Shown: piece after piece, positions 38,757 to 52,470 of the stretch
How the letters are laid out: every line of letters begins with the position of its first letter
How positions within the stretch are numbered: the stretch's first letter is position 1
NCBI GenBank assembly: GCA_964658305.1
Contig: OZ210884.1
Coordinates: 6,758,001-6,822,000 of the forward strand
Origin: Leptogorgia sarmentosa
Taxonomy: Eukaryota
Direction: 5' to 3'
DNA length: 64,000 nucleotides
Position numbers and translations under genes: made by a program
Notes under the pieces: generated by a model
Told to the model about the DNA's origin: nothing
Databases searched by the model: none
Seen by the model: only the letters and a program-made list of their open reading frames with translations

Positions 38757-39977
38757 ATTACATCATATTATGAAACGTTTGTTGACATTAATGAAAACTA
38801 CACGTAGCTACATTAATTTTGTGTCTCATCAACAATGTTGAATAATAAAGTACTAGCTTTTGGTCCAGGTTGTGCAAGACGCCGAAAGGCAGGCTGTGGT
38901 AAAAATTTTCTACGAAATCGCCTTCGAGATCACGCCTAATAAACGACAACGATTCAGACGGTCATCGAGAAGCAAAGCACGGCGTTTTCGGAAAAATTGA
39001 ATTAACTACCGGTAGTTCGACTTATCTACATAAATTCTTTCCGAATATTCAACAGGTCTTTGAGTTTGAAAATATTTTGATCCTTGTAAGCGAGTGAAGC
39101 TTGTTGTCGCGCGGCTACAATCATGTGTCTGATGATTCCTCGATCTTTCACTCTTTATAAACCCAACTCAACTCCTGTTCTCGAGCAATTAAGATCATAT
39201 AACCATTGGTAGATCGCTGATCCAGATGATTTTGAAGGTATTTCTGTATAATATTTTTATGTGAATTCTAAGAAGCGGAAGTCTTGTGATCATATAATAT
39301 AATACACGGGGTGAAAGATCAAATTCGATGATATATCGGGCTTTACGGGTCGAATAGAAAAGACTTGAAAGCTTGACGTCATTGTATTGTCCCCTGCTCA
39401 ATACAAAATATATAAATATGCTGAAATTATTCTTAAGGTCAAATGTTTTAAGGATAGTTTATGTTGACTTGCGTCGCTTTGAAGAATGCATCAACGCAGC
39501 TCAAACATTTTGCCTTTTGGCAGCAGAATAGGCAACATGCAATAAACCTTATGCATATATTAATGACATTTTTTGGCACTGTGTGACCACAATTACCAGG
39601 ATGCTTTGCGGGTATTTGTATATTCATGATTCTCACAAAGGATGCTGGTTGTTGCAGTCACGAAGTGACGTGGCGCAAGTATCACTTAAAAAGAAATAGG
39701 TATCTACGTGTATGAATAGTTTCATTTGCACAACAAAATTGTTCAAAAAGACTGCTCAACACAACATGCAAATAAAGGGATTCTGTGGCCAGTTGTTCCC
39801 ATGGCAGGTGGTAAAGAAACTAATTATTCATGCTTAGAAAATGAGTGTTTCCTTTCCGACATTATCGGTCCATATTATTTCTTGTTGTCTCGTGCAAACA
39901 CTGTTTGCGAGTATTCAACGGTTTATGGTTTCTCGTCATCGCCTTCTCGATCGTCTCTCATGAGGTTGGGTGGTCGT

Positions 39978-42900
39978 TTATCCAGTTTTCATCTTTTTCT
40001 GCTTCTTTTTCTTCTTTGAACTTGCTGGATCTTTTGAAGACTGAAAAAATGCCCGATTAATCAAGCGCGCAAAGTGGTTGCATTTTAAATTTCGTCATTA
40101 ACAAATAGCGGCGTCAGCGGTAATTTTCATACATTGACACACTAGTATACCATAGAGAAGAGACGTACAGAGGTCTAACTGTTGTACCAACTTTCTTGTG
40201 CGCATGGGCGGCAAGTTACTAGATGCATGCATCTGATTGGAGGACAATCTGATGACGACTAACTTCAAGCTTGGTAAGCATGCATGCGCAATTGATGATT
40301 TTTTGCCAGGCCGCAAAAAAAGTGGGTACATGAAAATGTCGCTTTATAATGTTTCTGTACTAGGCGAATTTTTTTCGCGCAAACAGAGAAAAAAGCAACT
40401 TGATTGGCTGACGACATCACCAACCAATCACATTCACCCTTTCTCTTGTTCGTGCGAGAAAAATCGCCTAGTGGAAAACGGGCTCAAGATCTATACTCTG
40501 TGCATCCCACCTAAATATTCCATACAGTACTATGATTCTACTAAATAGATATATTAACACATTTATAAACAGAGTGAAGTGAATTAGTTGCTTACCAATG
40601 ATTTTCGTTTTAATGGCTTGTCACTACAATGAAAAGGGAACTTCAGTCAGAGTCAATGAAAACGGTATTGTACAAAACAATACACGAATCCTGTACCTCG
40701 CAACACTGATCATTTTGGAAGGTTTGTTGCCTTTTAATGCTTCTTTCCAATCATCATCTTTGCCTGTGATTGCATATCTAGCAGAAATAAGTGACATACA
40801 TGCAGGTAAATTTTCCATATGTCAACCTTGCAATTATACTCGCAGATAATTCAATTCCACAACGTACTGACTAAGATCCATTGACTTCAAGATTTCTGTA
40901 TTTTCTTTTTGTTTTTCTTTTATCTCATCCGCAACTTCTTCCTGTAAAAACATGTTTACTTGATAACGGCACAGAAATTTATAAACCTAAACAGTATACT
41001 ATTTAGACCACCCTTCTATACAACAGACAAGATCAAATTCTTTAGCGTCTCCGTGAAGGTGTTGAGCGGTTCCCGATTGGATTCTCTGTTTTTAGTTTAT
41101 ATTTTTCTCTATTGGATACGTGGTGCTTAAACACTGCAAAACCGACTTACCAGTTCTTCGTTTAAATCTTTCGCTAATGGTTCCATGACTATCTCCTTCA
41201 CTTTCAACATTTCACTTTCAACCGCAGACTCCAGGATCTCATTAAAATTCTGAAATTAAAATAACAATAATTGAAGCAAACAATTTATAATTAATATCGA
41301 ATTGGGTAAAAGAATGCAATTTATTGAAATACAGTGACCCAATAGGCGTCAAAAGAAAAGACATTTTACTAAAGGTCGATTTTATAATGGAGGACGATTT
41401 CGATAGGGTTGCATTTACCCGGGGTAAATAGCCGAGTGGGAACGGGAACCTTTGCCGCCAGCTTACGTCTGTCTGGAACAACGCTTCACGCCGTTTGTTC
41501 AGGGAAAAAGGTTTCCCGTTTATTGTGAACTGATTAAAAGTTATCGTTCAAAGATTTCTTCCAACCAAATACTTTATCATAAAACTGTAGTTCACACCTT
41601 AACAACTTTTCTGACGACTCTACTGAACAATCCCAAAAGTTGACTAACTGGCAGCTCTAGTTCTTTCTAGAAAACATAACAATGAAAATGAAATTAATAA
41701 TGAAAATTATTAAAAATGAATTTCATTCATATTTTTTTTGCACGATAAATATCAATTCTGCAACGATAAATATCTATTCTACTTCAATAACTATTCTGCA
41801 ATATCCATTTTAGTACACAGGTATATAGCTACCTCGAGATCTTCCATTGTCTTGTGTTGCAAACCTATTCCCATTAAAATAGCCTGAAAAATAAGCAACG
41901 TTCCAGCATATATGTCACTTCACTGTTTACACAAATTGGAGCCTCGGGTTACTTGGTTACAACAGGATTGAAGAATGCTTTGTTGCCCACATTGTTCAAA
42001 GTTGTCAACAATATTGCTGAGCGTGAATCAGGTTGCTAAAATGAAATCTAACATTGTCGATCTGCTTTCTGGTACATCCATATACTCACACTTTGGACTC
42101 CAGATAAATGAAAATCCATTTTTTGTAAGAAAAACAGTCGAGATACTGAAAAACAATATAGACGAGCAATAAGTACTATAGTTATATAGATAACTATAGC
42201 TATAAGTAACTATAGTCATAGAGAAGCAAGTATACTACGTCCAAAATAAATTCTTCAGTAAATCAGTTAGATATTGTTGTGGACCTGGCTGCAACTCCAG
42301 AAACTAATAATTGTAATAAATATACCTGCAGGTAGAAGATCAGTAATAAGATGGTAATCGACCAAGTTATTTGAGTACATATCGAGTCTTTTAATGTCGT
42401 ATTTTGTCAACACACTGTACAGTTCTGACTGGTTCAAATCTTTGGAAAAAAAAGAAATAGTCTCGGCTATATTTCCTGGAGTTTAAATAAAGCTACGTAT
42501 TTTTCACAAGGCGAATTTGTTTGCGCGAACAAAGAGAAAAGCAACACGACCGGCTGGCGACAAACACTGACGTCATCACCACCCAATCACATTTGTTTCT
42601 GGTTTGTTCGCGCGAAAAAATCACAAAGTGGAAAACAGGCTTTAATAAAGCACTTCTGCTCGTGTTTAAAAAGTGCATAAAGCCAGTGAACTGGATGTTA
42701 TATGAATGAAGAAGCGAGGTGAATTTATAGATACCTTGTTTATCACTGGCAAAAACTTTATTCTGTAAAATACTGAGTGCCAGGGTTGCAGAGAACGAAC
42801 CAAATTGGTACGAGAGTAGAGATAAGAACCGGCGTCGGAAGTCTAGAAAGATAAAGGAGTTCAAATCAGATTTTCTCACGAACTCTTACAAATCAGATAT

Positions 42901-45900
42901 TCTTATAAATAGTTATATACGGTTTTGAAACAACAATTAATACCTGTCCAAAATGCTTGAAGCCAGTCAGCGGTATTATCTTCATCCACGTGACCAAGAC
43001 TTCGTAGCATAACGCAAGAATGTTCACCCGTCAGTTCATTCTAGAAATGAGGAATAAATAATGATACAAATTGCACATATATTTCAGTTCAACTTTGATC
43101 TTGGCAAGGACGAGGAAACCAACAGCACAGCTCAATATAGAGCATCTTGCGAAATGTAAAATACTGAAATATAGCCTAGCGAAGTTTGCGAATTTTGTGT
43201 GCATTAATTTGTCTATATGCGGAAATCATCTTCAACTAAATGTTTTCAACTATATCAACGTATTTTTTCTTTAAAAATGTTTTCAATATAGACAAACCAA
43301 TTTGCCGTATATTGATAAAATGGTATAACTATGCATGTACTTTTACAAATTAGAAGTATATTCGTTTACTTACAGCTGTCTGTCTTATGTAAACAGGAAC
43401 GAAAGAAGACTTTTTCCAAAATCTAAACGACCAAAAATTCATGTCCAGTAGGACATTGGGGGAGGGGGGGTGTCCAGTAGGACATTGGGGAGATTTTTGA
43501 CGCTAAATTAAAAAAATATGTTCTAGTGGTACAAAGAACGGTGTAGTGTACAAACCGTAAAAGATTATTGGTGATTCCATAAGATACCCCAAGGTAATCC
43601 AGCCTCTCTGCACAACGTTCACTCAACTTCAATAATAATGGCGGCAAATTACTACGAGGTCCGATGGTTTCTTTTAGCAAATCCCCAGACTATGGAAAAC
43701 AAGAAATTATAGATAATCATAATTACTGTATTAGCGCCTGTTAATATGGGGGAAAGTTATATCTCTCATTCGAGATCTCGCTTTGTAACAAAAATAACAT
43801 GAAACGTTTCATTGTGTTCATGAGACGAAAAGTTTTTTGGGTAACGAGATATCGCGACATGAAACCATAGCCAGTCACAACAGAGCTACGTCACTACCGA
43901 AAACTTTTACTCGGGATAACATTTCTCCATAAAAATCTCTTCAGCCTTTCATTTATTTCTCAATGCTTATCTTGTATAAAGGTTTTACGATTGATTCAAC
44001 AGTAATTTGCTGAACAATTTATTTACCTACATCGATAATTCTCATAAATACCTCGTTTAACTCAGTTGGCTGGATTTCTTGATCTGTGGTTTGTACTGAG
44101 TCCTCTGAAAGATTCGCTATCTTGCCTTCATAATAGTGAATCAATAACTGTAGCGCGCGTTTACCATAACCCATCTAGAAATATTTAAAATAAAATTATA
44201 GCTATAACACAAACGAGATTCATGAAACTGCTATATCACATTCATCATCTTAACTAAGTTATACTATACCCATTTCGTATAGTTGAATGGTAATCTGACT
44301 TCTTCTGATTGGTTAACTTTCGCACTTACTATTGATAACTTCAACTACGTTTTTATACAAATAGCCCCTGTATGGATTTCATATGTATATATGTATGTAA
44401 TCATGGAACAAACAAATCAAAAATTCTCAATCTAAGGAGAAGGCTTATGTACTGTTTGTAACATATTAGTGCTAAAAAAATTCAACAGTTCACACAGGAA
44501 TACGTGTGTGATTTACGGACTAGTATTTAGCAACTATTCTTTAGTTGGAATATAAAATTTACTTACCCCCTGGTAGTCGGGATGAGTGGCAATGCGAACT
44601 ATTCTTCCTCCTGACAGACTAGGAAACTCGTAATCGTTAAACTAAAACGAAAAAGTATACATATAGTACGAAGGGGCTTTTTTATAGAGATGTCGATCTT
44701 ATTTTTATAAATGTATCGTTCAAGTAGTGAGTCAGAACTTTTGTTGTTCACAGGTTATAGTCCCAGGTCGATTGTAAACGATAAAGTAAAATTACCTGTT
44801 GTGAAATAGTCCATGGTATTAAATCCCCGGATGCTCTCTTACCACGAGCTAAACTGTTCATTATTGAAGATTTTGATATTTCACCTTCCAAGCAAACCTT
44901 AAAAAGAAATGCGTAAAACCTTCTGTAAGTGAAACAAATCGATAAAACAGGCTAGTGGTGAACAACGTGATAATCTCGTCATATCTGTACTATAGGTTTT
45001 GCTTGCCACTTTTAAACCATGTAGCTAGTGCACAAGAAAAGTCAAGAACGGTTGCTAAAAAATTTTTTAACGTCTTTAGTCCATTTTAGCGTCTTGAAGT
45101 TGGTTTCAATCATTAAAGCCGCAATTTGGTAGTCAACCCCAGACCACCAGCTATAAAACTACATTTCTCGGAAAAATTGAGTGAAGACTCCAAACCTCAC
45201 AGTTGTATTAACCGTCACTGGTGTTTATATTTAGCTAGAGCTTAAGATTTGCTACGGCTACGAAATCTAGTACAACTGCAGGATAATATTTTCCTACTAA
45301 CTACATACACACTAAAAACTATCTACAACTGTGCAAGGTTCGAGTAAACCTTTGTTATACAAAGATGTGGTATGAAAATGTTGAAAAACGTTTGTGAGTC
45401 GAGTCTGACGTTATTTATTGTTCAAGCAGAAATGTCATCGAAATCTCTCTGATGCAAAGTATATTCATGCAGTTACATACCTGAATTACACAAAATATTT
45501 CAGGCAATGTTTTCTTGGCAGGATCAACAGGACCAAGCAGACAAAAGATATGATGAGCTGGAGCGTCTGATAACAGCTGAAGATCATTAGGAGTGTTCTA
45601 AATAAGAAAATATACACAGGTTCTTGTGTAAGTTAAAATGTCAATGTATATTACTTTTTAAAACTTTTTTAAATGCACTATGGCGAGATGGAACAAAAGG
45701 GGCATTCTCATGTGAATGTGACCTTTAAAAAGTTGCCCACCTAAAAAATTGATACCCCTTCCACTAAAAAACCAAAATGGATGTCTGGCGCCAAGGGTTA
45801 TACAGTAGAAATGACTGAAATGTGAGGTTCCATCATAATTTTAATCATTCATGACATACTTATACTGCTTACCTTGTAATGCGAGGAAACATAAAGTGAC

Positions 45901-48900
45901 ATAATTCTTTGAAGAAAAACTTCCGATGCTTTATGATACGAAAACAGCGTATCTCTGTTGACATAGTATCTGAGATATGTCAAGAATTGTTGGCTCAAAA
46001 TCAAGGAGACATGTATAATTTTTCTTTAGTTTCAAAATATAATACACGGCTAGACTGAGTAAAGCATTGGGGTCGTTTACATCAGTACTGCACGTAGCGA
46101 CGACGTGGATCAGTACCACATCAACAAGCAGCCAAAACCTTACTCACTACGTACCTAAACGATACAATACGGTAATATTCAACGTTCTGAGCAAAAGGCC
46201 GCAACTAAGGGCCTCAAAACGTCTCATATTGTATTGTTTAGGTAGTGAGTAGAACCGCTTGTTGACTTTGCTCGAAAAATCCAGTTCTAATATTTCTCAT
46301 TTACAAAGTCTGAAAAAGATCAAAACCACTTTAGACAAGTACATCGTGTGCGTATAATCACGTATAATCACGTGAATGCTCACACCAGACGCATGTGATG
46401 CACACCGAGACGCCAACGCATCCACACATGCGCAGAAAGTCATGCGGCCAGAGTGCTCAAACGACCACAAGGGACGCGAGTTTTTGCAATATTGCGAATG
46501 AACACCCACTACACATAAATCAAAGGATACAGGTCACACGCGTCAGGGAGTGGACAGCCAGACGAAAACCTGGGTACAACAGTTGCGTCAAGGCACAATA
46601 AACGATTTAACCAATCTTCTACTGCGTCACCAGGTAAATATCGAATCGACTCATTTAGTGAGATCTCAGATAAAATACGACCTGTTGAATTTCTAGTCTT
46701 TGCCTCACTCCCGGTACTGCTCGCGCCAGTCCCCAAAGCTGAACTTTGGACACGCAACTGACTTATCAACTTCAATGATAACGACCTTCCGGTCCCTTCG
46801 TATCTAAATGAACACAACTGACAGATTACACGAGTTGTATTGTCACGCGGAGTTGTATTTTAACCCAGTAGGTTGAGTATACTGTACTTCATACGGTCGC
46901 TTCAGCAATATTTTCACTGACGTTTTTTCGATTAATTTTTTAATGATCGTGTTTTAGCGAAATTTGTCTTCGTTGTTTTTAGGACAACAAACGCATGACT
47001 GCAAATTTCATCCGCAAACATGCTATATTTCAAGTCCACGCTGGGCAAGTAGCACAGTTGAAAATAAGTGTTGTACAGACACTTACCCGTTAATTGTTGA
47101 AGATAAGAAAACGAGATATGGTCCAAGTAAACTTTTGACCAGCGGTAAAGGAATTGCAGCCGCTTCATCAACTACAACCAACTCTGCCTGTCCGAGCTTT
47201 TGAGCGTCTCCTGGATGGATGTACTGTAAAGAAACAAACTGCCCAGCTCAACTCGCGTTACAACTCATTTACCAATAACTGCAATACATGCTTTCGGAAA
47301 GCCTACGTCAACAAACTTGAAAGCGAGGGTGACTCTGATGGTGTTACCTGTATGGTCTGTCTATGCTCCCGAAAGACGTTAACACGTACAACAGCTTTGT
47401 TAAACTCAGGATTGGTTGACTGTACCAATTCATAGTCCAAGTGTTCCTACAGTAGAAGCAACGCAACTAGACTATAATCCATTAAATACAGTGGCACTAT
47501 TTAACAATTAGACAACGAGGCCGAGTTGTCTAATTGTTTTAGTATACACTCTATGCCCAGAATTATTTATATCAAGAAAATTCTTCAGAAACCTCAGCAA
47601 AACGCGAGTTTTCTGCAGTACAGCAGTAGGCATATAGTTTACCTGTGCCTTTTCGCGAACCGTGGTCTATCACGGAATAGGCAACGGCTGAGTGGCCAAT
47701 GTAGCATTTGTAATAGACGATGGTTGGGTGTATACTAACACACATTAGTAGAATCATACTCGTATACTATTGCAAACGCTGCAATTTGATTGGCTACTCT
47801 ACTCGCTATCTATTCCTCGATAGATAGCGAGTAGCAAAATATGTGAATTTTCGTTCAAGAAAATGTCTTCTGAGACGCGGTTTCAAATTATTTTTTGCAA
47901 TATTTTCATGTTTGATCTCTGATTCCACTAAAACAATTAGATTACTCGCTCTCGATTTCTACGAGATGATAGTTGATTCGGGCTTCGCCCTCATCAACTA
48001 TCACCTCATAGAAATCTCGAGCTCGTAATCTAATTTTTAATTATAATTAATTTGTAAACGTGCTTCTCAAAGCATGTTTTCCGGCACTACGCGAATTTGT
48101 TTGCGCTTAGAGAGAAAAAAGTTGCAAGTGTTTTAATACGGTGGATCCAAACTGCTGCATGTCAGACTGAATACAATAGTTCTCTACCTGATAATCAAGA
48201 GCGTCAAATCCTTTGAACACAAACTCAAACAACGTGTGGAGATTTTCTGGACTTGGCGACGTCACAAAGATATTCGAATATCTAAATTAAAAAGTAAATA
48301 AATCAAATGTGAGAAAACACAGACTCTAATACATTTTAAGTTATCATTTCAACCGGGAACTGGAGTATTGTTCTGGAAAGTTTGTCTTGTTCTGCCATCA
48401 TGCACAATCTACTTGATCTGACCAGGAAGTACAGTAGCTATCGAATAGATTCTTACCCAAAGGCGATAGCAGCAGCCATTGCCAGACCAAGTGCAGCAGA
48501 CTTGCCTCGACCTCGTGCTGCAGTCAAAGCGACAGTTGTTCTTAACGTTTTCTCAGAAATTGCTTCGATGAATTTTAACACAGCTTTAGCCTGAAATGAA
48601 GAAATACAAAGCATTGTTTAAGTCCTTTTCTTTATGAAACATGCTTAAGGTTCGGCAAAGATATGTCGATCAGAAATTTAGAGCCAAAGTACTGTAAATT
48701 ATATTCTATGAAAAATTTACGTAGTAGTTTGATTTCTATTTGACAACTTGTGCCAGTAATTATTTCGTGTTTTCAGATCTGGATCATTCCGCCTAATATC
48801 AACATTGCAATGAGAGCAAACGCGAAAGGTTATGTAAAAAATACGAGAGTATTTAACACTATAATCACGCACTAAAACCACGCACTATAACCGCGCACTA

Positions 48901-51900
48901 TAACCACGCACTAAAACCACGCACTATAACCGCGCACTATAACCACGCACTATAATCACGCACTAAAACCACGCACTATTACCACGGACTATAAGTACGC
49001 ACGATAAGCACGGATTATAACCACGCACTATAACCACGCGCTATAACCACGCGCTATAACCACGCACTATAACCACGGACTATAACCACGCACTATAACC
49101 GCGCACTATAACCACGCACTATAACCACGGACTATAACCACGCACTATAACCACGGAATATAACCATGTTTGCTGCAGGTTTGTCACAACTTACAAGTGT
49201 GTTTTTGCATGTGTTAATACCTGATCAAGAGTTTTACAGCAATTGACTATTACACCAACAGGGGGAGTATCTTCTAGGGATGACTTTAGTTCTCGGAGTT
49301 CCACTTCATTTGAGCTGACTGATTCTTCCTGGAGGATAATTGGTACGTATATAATATTTATAAAGGTAATTAAAAACCTAATTAATAAATTATAAAAAAT
49401 ACAACAAAACTGCAAGAGTAGAAAGGATTCATAATTACTGTACTTTACTCATCGGTGTAAGTGGTGTTATCTTGAGTGCTTGGGTTGAGATTGGTAAAAC
49501 ATTCAGACGATCATCAATTACCATACATTGTTTGCATGAACTCAAAGACAGAATAAACCTGAAGAAGAAACAAGGATTAAGTCAAACCACAAGGCCCCTG
49601 TACAATAAAACATATTGTGCTGTACCCTACATGTGGTATCTTTAATATGAACATTTAGTCTCTAGGCAGTTAAACTTTTAAATATAATTGGAGGGATTCT
49701 TTCATGTTTTTTTAATCTGCCCCAGAGTCCAGTCATGAATTAATCATCTTCATTTGGCACAAAGTACCTTTCATTGAAGCGTCCAACAACGTCTTGATGT
49801 GACTCAGTTCTGTAGCGAGCATGTACATCCTGGAAAAAATTGATACAACATTGGATATATCATACAAGCTCTATACTTTAATAGTGTTTAATATCTGAGA
49901 CCATGCTAGATTACTAATTGTGGGGCCTGGAGGGTAAGTAAATATTTATGGGCCCTGAGATATACTGTAGACCACGTCACATCCTATAGCAGGAAACGTC
50001 CAGAACCTGTGTTTGGTGGGTGACACTGAAGAGGGTGAATATGAACCAAGGCAGCTACCATTAACACTTGCATGTCACATACAAATTGGCTAATGAAATC
50101 ACTCAACATTGTTGAGAGTACTGCATCTTGCATTCAGAATACCATTAATTTCAATGTTGTGTTCATAAATCATTTGATTGCGGGAAGGCACAGGAGATAT
50201 TAAAAGAAACATCAAGGAAAAGGAAACTAGTAAGAATTTCTTGAATGACTGAGTGCTTACCATGGTCATGGCATAAAGTTGTTTTAATGAGGTCATAGTT
50301 CGTAACAGTACAACAATAATTCCACCACCTTCCACTGTCTCAACAGTTCGAGCTAGAAGATTTGGTGTGAGTGCTTCAAAATCCTGCCAACAGAAATAAA
50401 ATATTAGCCTGACATTTGTTTTTGTGGGGGCTGGCACAACGGCTTCAACTTACAACCTAAACAGGCTTCAACTTACAACCTAAACAACACAATAAGATTT
50501 GACATTTTGAGTAAAGACCCATTGTCAGGAACTGACAAATATACTTTATATGAAATAATAGATTGCTGCAAAGAGGGTTGTTAAACATTTACCCAGTATC
50601 TGTGCAATCTAAAGGTTCACCTACAAACAGCATCTTTTGGCAGCTATAAAGACTTTAAGAACAACGGCTGAGTGGGAAGTGTTTTCTCGTCATTACATGG
50701 CAAAAGTGTTCTTGACTTCTTAGAACTCAATTAAATATTTAGTTGCTCACCTGTAATATACACATGCCATAAGTATTTCCAAGAATTTTATGTGTTTCAT
50801 TATAATAACAATATCTGATGTTTGTTGATGATATAAACAACTCAAATGGATCATCTTTGTTTAGGTCTAGTGTTCCACTTTTTATTTTCTTCTGCAGTTG
50901 TTTCATTCTCTTCTTTCGGTGACTGACACAAATGAAAAATAACATTTTTAATTTTAAAATGAGTTTTGAGGTATGTATACCTATCTATATGTAACATAGC
51001 AAGTGCAGTTACAACAAGTTACCATGTGATGATCATGGTCATTTTACTGCTAATTTACCTGCTAAATCCAAGTTCCTTTTTATAACACCATAGCACTGTT
51101 GGCCGAGCTTTAATGCTTGCTTTGGATAGCATGTGGTGGAGGATAACAACCTGTGTAACGTCAAAACAATAACAGATTGGGTGGTGGATATTCAAATTGT
51201 AATTTGAAGTGTGAAAAGCAGTCAGAAGTATCGAAATTTCGTTTAAATATCTTTTAAATAATTGTTAGTTCCTAGAGGAACAGTTTTGTTATTGAGATCT
51301 TTGTTTCTTTACACCACAGGATATTCTAATGCAATTGCATTTACAATCGCATTGAACTTGTCTGCACCAGCTTGCTCTCATCACATAAATTTGTTGAGAT
51401 ACCCTGGGAGCATATTTCTTTGGATGCCTTTCTTTGCTTTAACTTGGTTTTAACATGATTCTGTTAAAGTGCAGCATATGGATAACAGTTTGTTGAATAA
51501 GGGCTGTGATGTTTTCCACATGATTGTATGCTGCCTACTGATCTGTATAGATGGTCGTTTCTGCTCTTCTCCTTTCGACAATCTGCATGAGCACCAAAGC
51601 AGGATTTATTGTGCAGTCTGCCATGCCAAACAGCCATATTTCATTTTGCTGAGCTCTCCCACTGCGGCACTTGGGCTTGTGCACATTTTGCGGCCAGGTA
51701 CATTTTTAAAATCTCACAGTTAATTTTATTTTTACAAAGAAAAACAGACATCCTAAGGTTGGCACCATGAGAAAAGTATCGCTAAGACATCAAGAATCTA
51801 CAATTGCAATGATCTTCCATATTCAGACAGCGTTGCTTGATGAGCATTCTATGTACTCAATAAGCCAAGCGATCAACATGATGCCAAACCGATCGCATTC

Positions 51901-52166
51901 GATAAACATCATGCTGCCTTGATGTACAGTTAGAATTCTGCTAACACCTGCAGATAAAGTCGGAAAATGCCGAAATCCATGAAATTTATTGATTGATCAA
52001 ACCTGACAAAACATGTGGCTGAAAATCACTTGCAGGTCACACCAAAAATAACCATTACCTGATCTCTTCCTTTGTCTCCAACCACAAAAACCAAAGATCG
52101 ATGTCGTAGTTGAACACCATTTTCAATCAAAACGCGAATCCTGTTGTCGATTTTCTTTAATACCAT
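39978..52166 (-). CDS. NAT10: RNA cytidine acetyltransferase NAT10 (Kre33), multi-exon
   Basis: Exon 52059-52166 MVLKKIDNRIRVLIENGV; 51059-51150 VVILHHMLSKA...LWCYKKELGF; DFEALTPNLLARTVETVEGGG; ARGRGKSAALGLA (P-loop); YEGTGRSLSLKL; YYVNRDTLFSYHKASE; SGGRIVRIATHPDYQG; LDYLGVSYG; Lys-rich end ...KKMKTG* at 39978. Confidence 0.97.
45970..46530 (-). other. U12-type (minor spliceosome) GT-AG intron of NAT10
   Basis: Donor GTATCCTTTG matches the U12 consensus; branch-like TTCTTGAC ~10 nt before CAG with no polypyrimidine tract; splicing restores ...ACDL|YYVNRD. Confidence 0.88.
46385..46528 (-). ncRNA. SNORD13/U13-like structured intronic element, no intact C/D boxes
   Basis: Collinear blocks ATCCTTTG, TGGGTGTTCATTCGC, CGCATGTGTG-GATGCG and GTGCATCAC...CGTCTG resemble vertebrate U13 as recalled from memory; needs alignment. 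Confidence 0.45.
47744..48045. mobile_element. Hairpin-ended repeat element in a NAT10 intron
   Basis: ~100-nt hairpin 47935-48035 with apex GGGCTTCGCCC. A neighbouring element end (47683-47738) recurs at 63575-63636. Confidence 0.6.
48855..49165. repeat. 13-bp minisatellite (CTATAACCACGCA)n
   Basis: Direct reading; lies in a NAT10 intron. Confidence 0.95.
51309..51681 (-). pseudogene. Merlin (IS1016/ISXO2-like DDE) transposase fossil in NAT10 first coding intron
   Basis: Manual translation: HKPKCRSGRAQQNEIWLFGMADCTINPALVLMQIVERRRAETTIYTDQ*AAYNHV ... KKGIQRNMLPGYLNKFM**EQAG...AIALEYPVV*. Matches Merlin motifs (W.FG, TI.TD.W.AY, YL.EFMWR), with stops. Confidence 0.75.
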
Positions 52167-52470
52167 TTTATATCTCTGTGTTTCTGTGAATAATTCGATC
52201 AACTCATTCTTGTTGTCATGCTTTTATAATACGAGCCCGCAAATTATTTCGTACTTCACGTTACTTCATGTAATCCATTTATGATAAGCCCCTTATCTCC
52301 CTTATTTGCTAAGTCCAGTTGGTCCAGTTAATAAAAACAACATATACAGCTCATCCTGGATCGTCCCGAGGCGTTCCGGAGGCTTCCGAAAGAGAAAGGC
52401 AAACATTCTTGCCGTCCAGTATTTCTACACTATCCAGCGAGGCGAATTGAACACGTCATCGAACTGTACG

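Noticed and set aside
44243..44250. Box C-like AUGAUGA on the NAT10 sense strand (also near 51380)
   Set aside because: No suitably placed CUGA box D or terminal stem.
47935..48035. Pre-miRNA-like hairpin
   Set aside because: Better explained as the end of a repeat element with the same architecture as 451-591.
49916..50026. H/ACA snoRNA candidate in a NAT10 intron (minus strand)
   Set aside because: ACAGUA and a terminal ACA are present, but the second hairpin has no upper stem and the H box is offset from the first hairpin.
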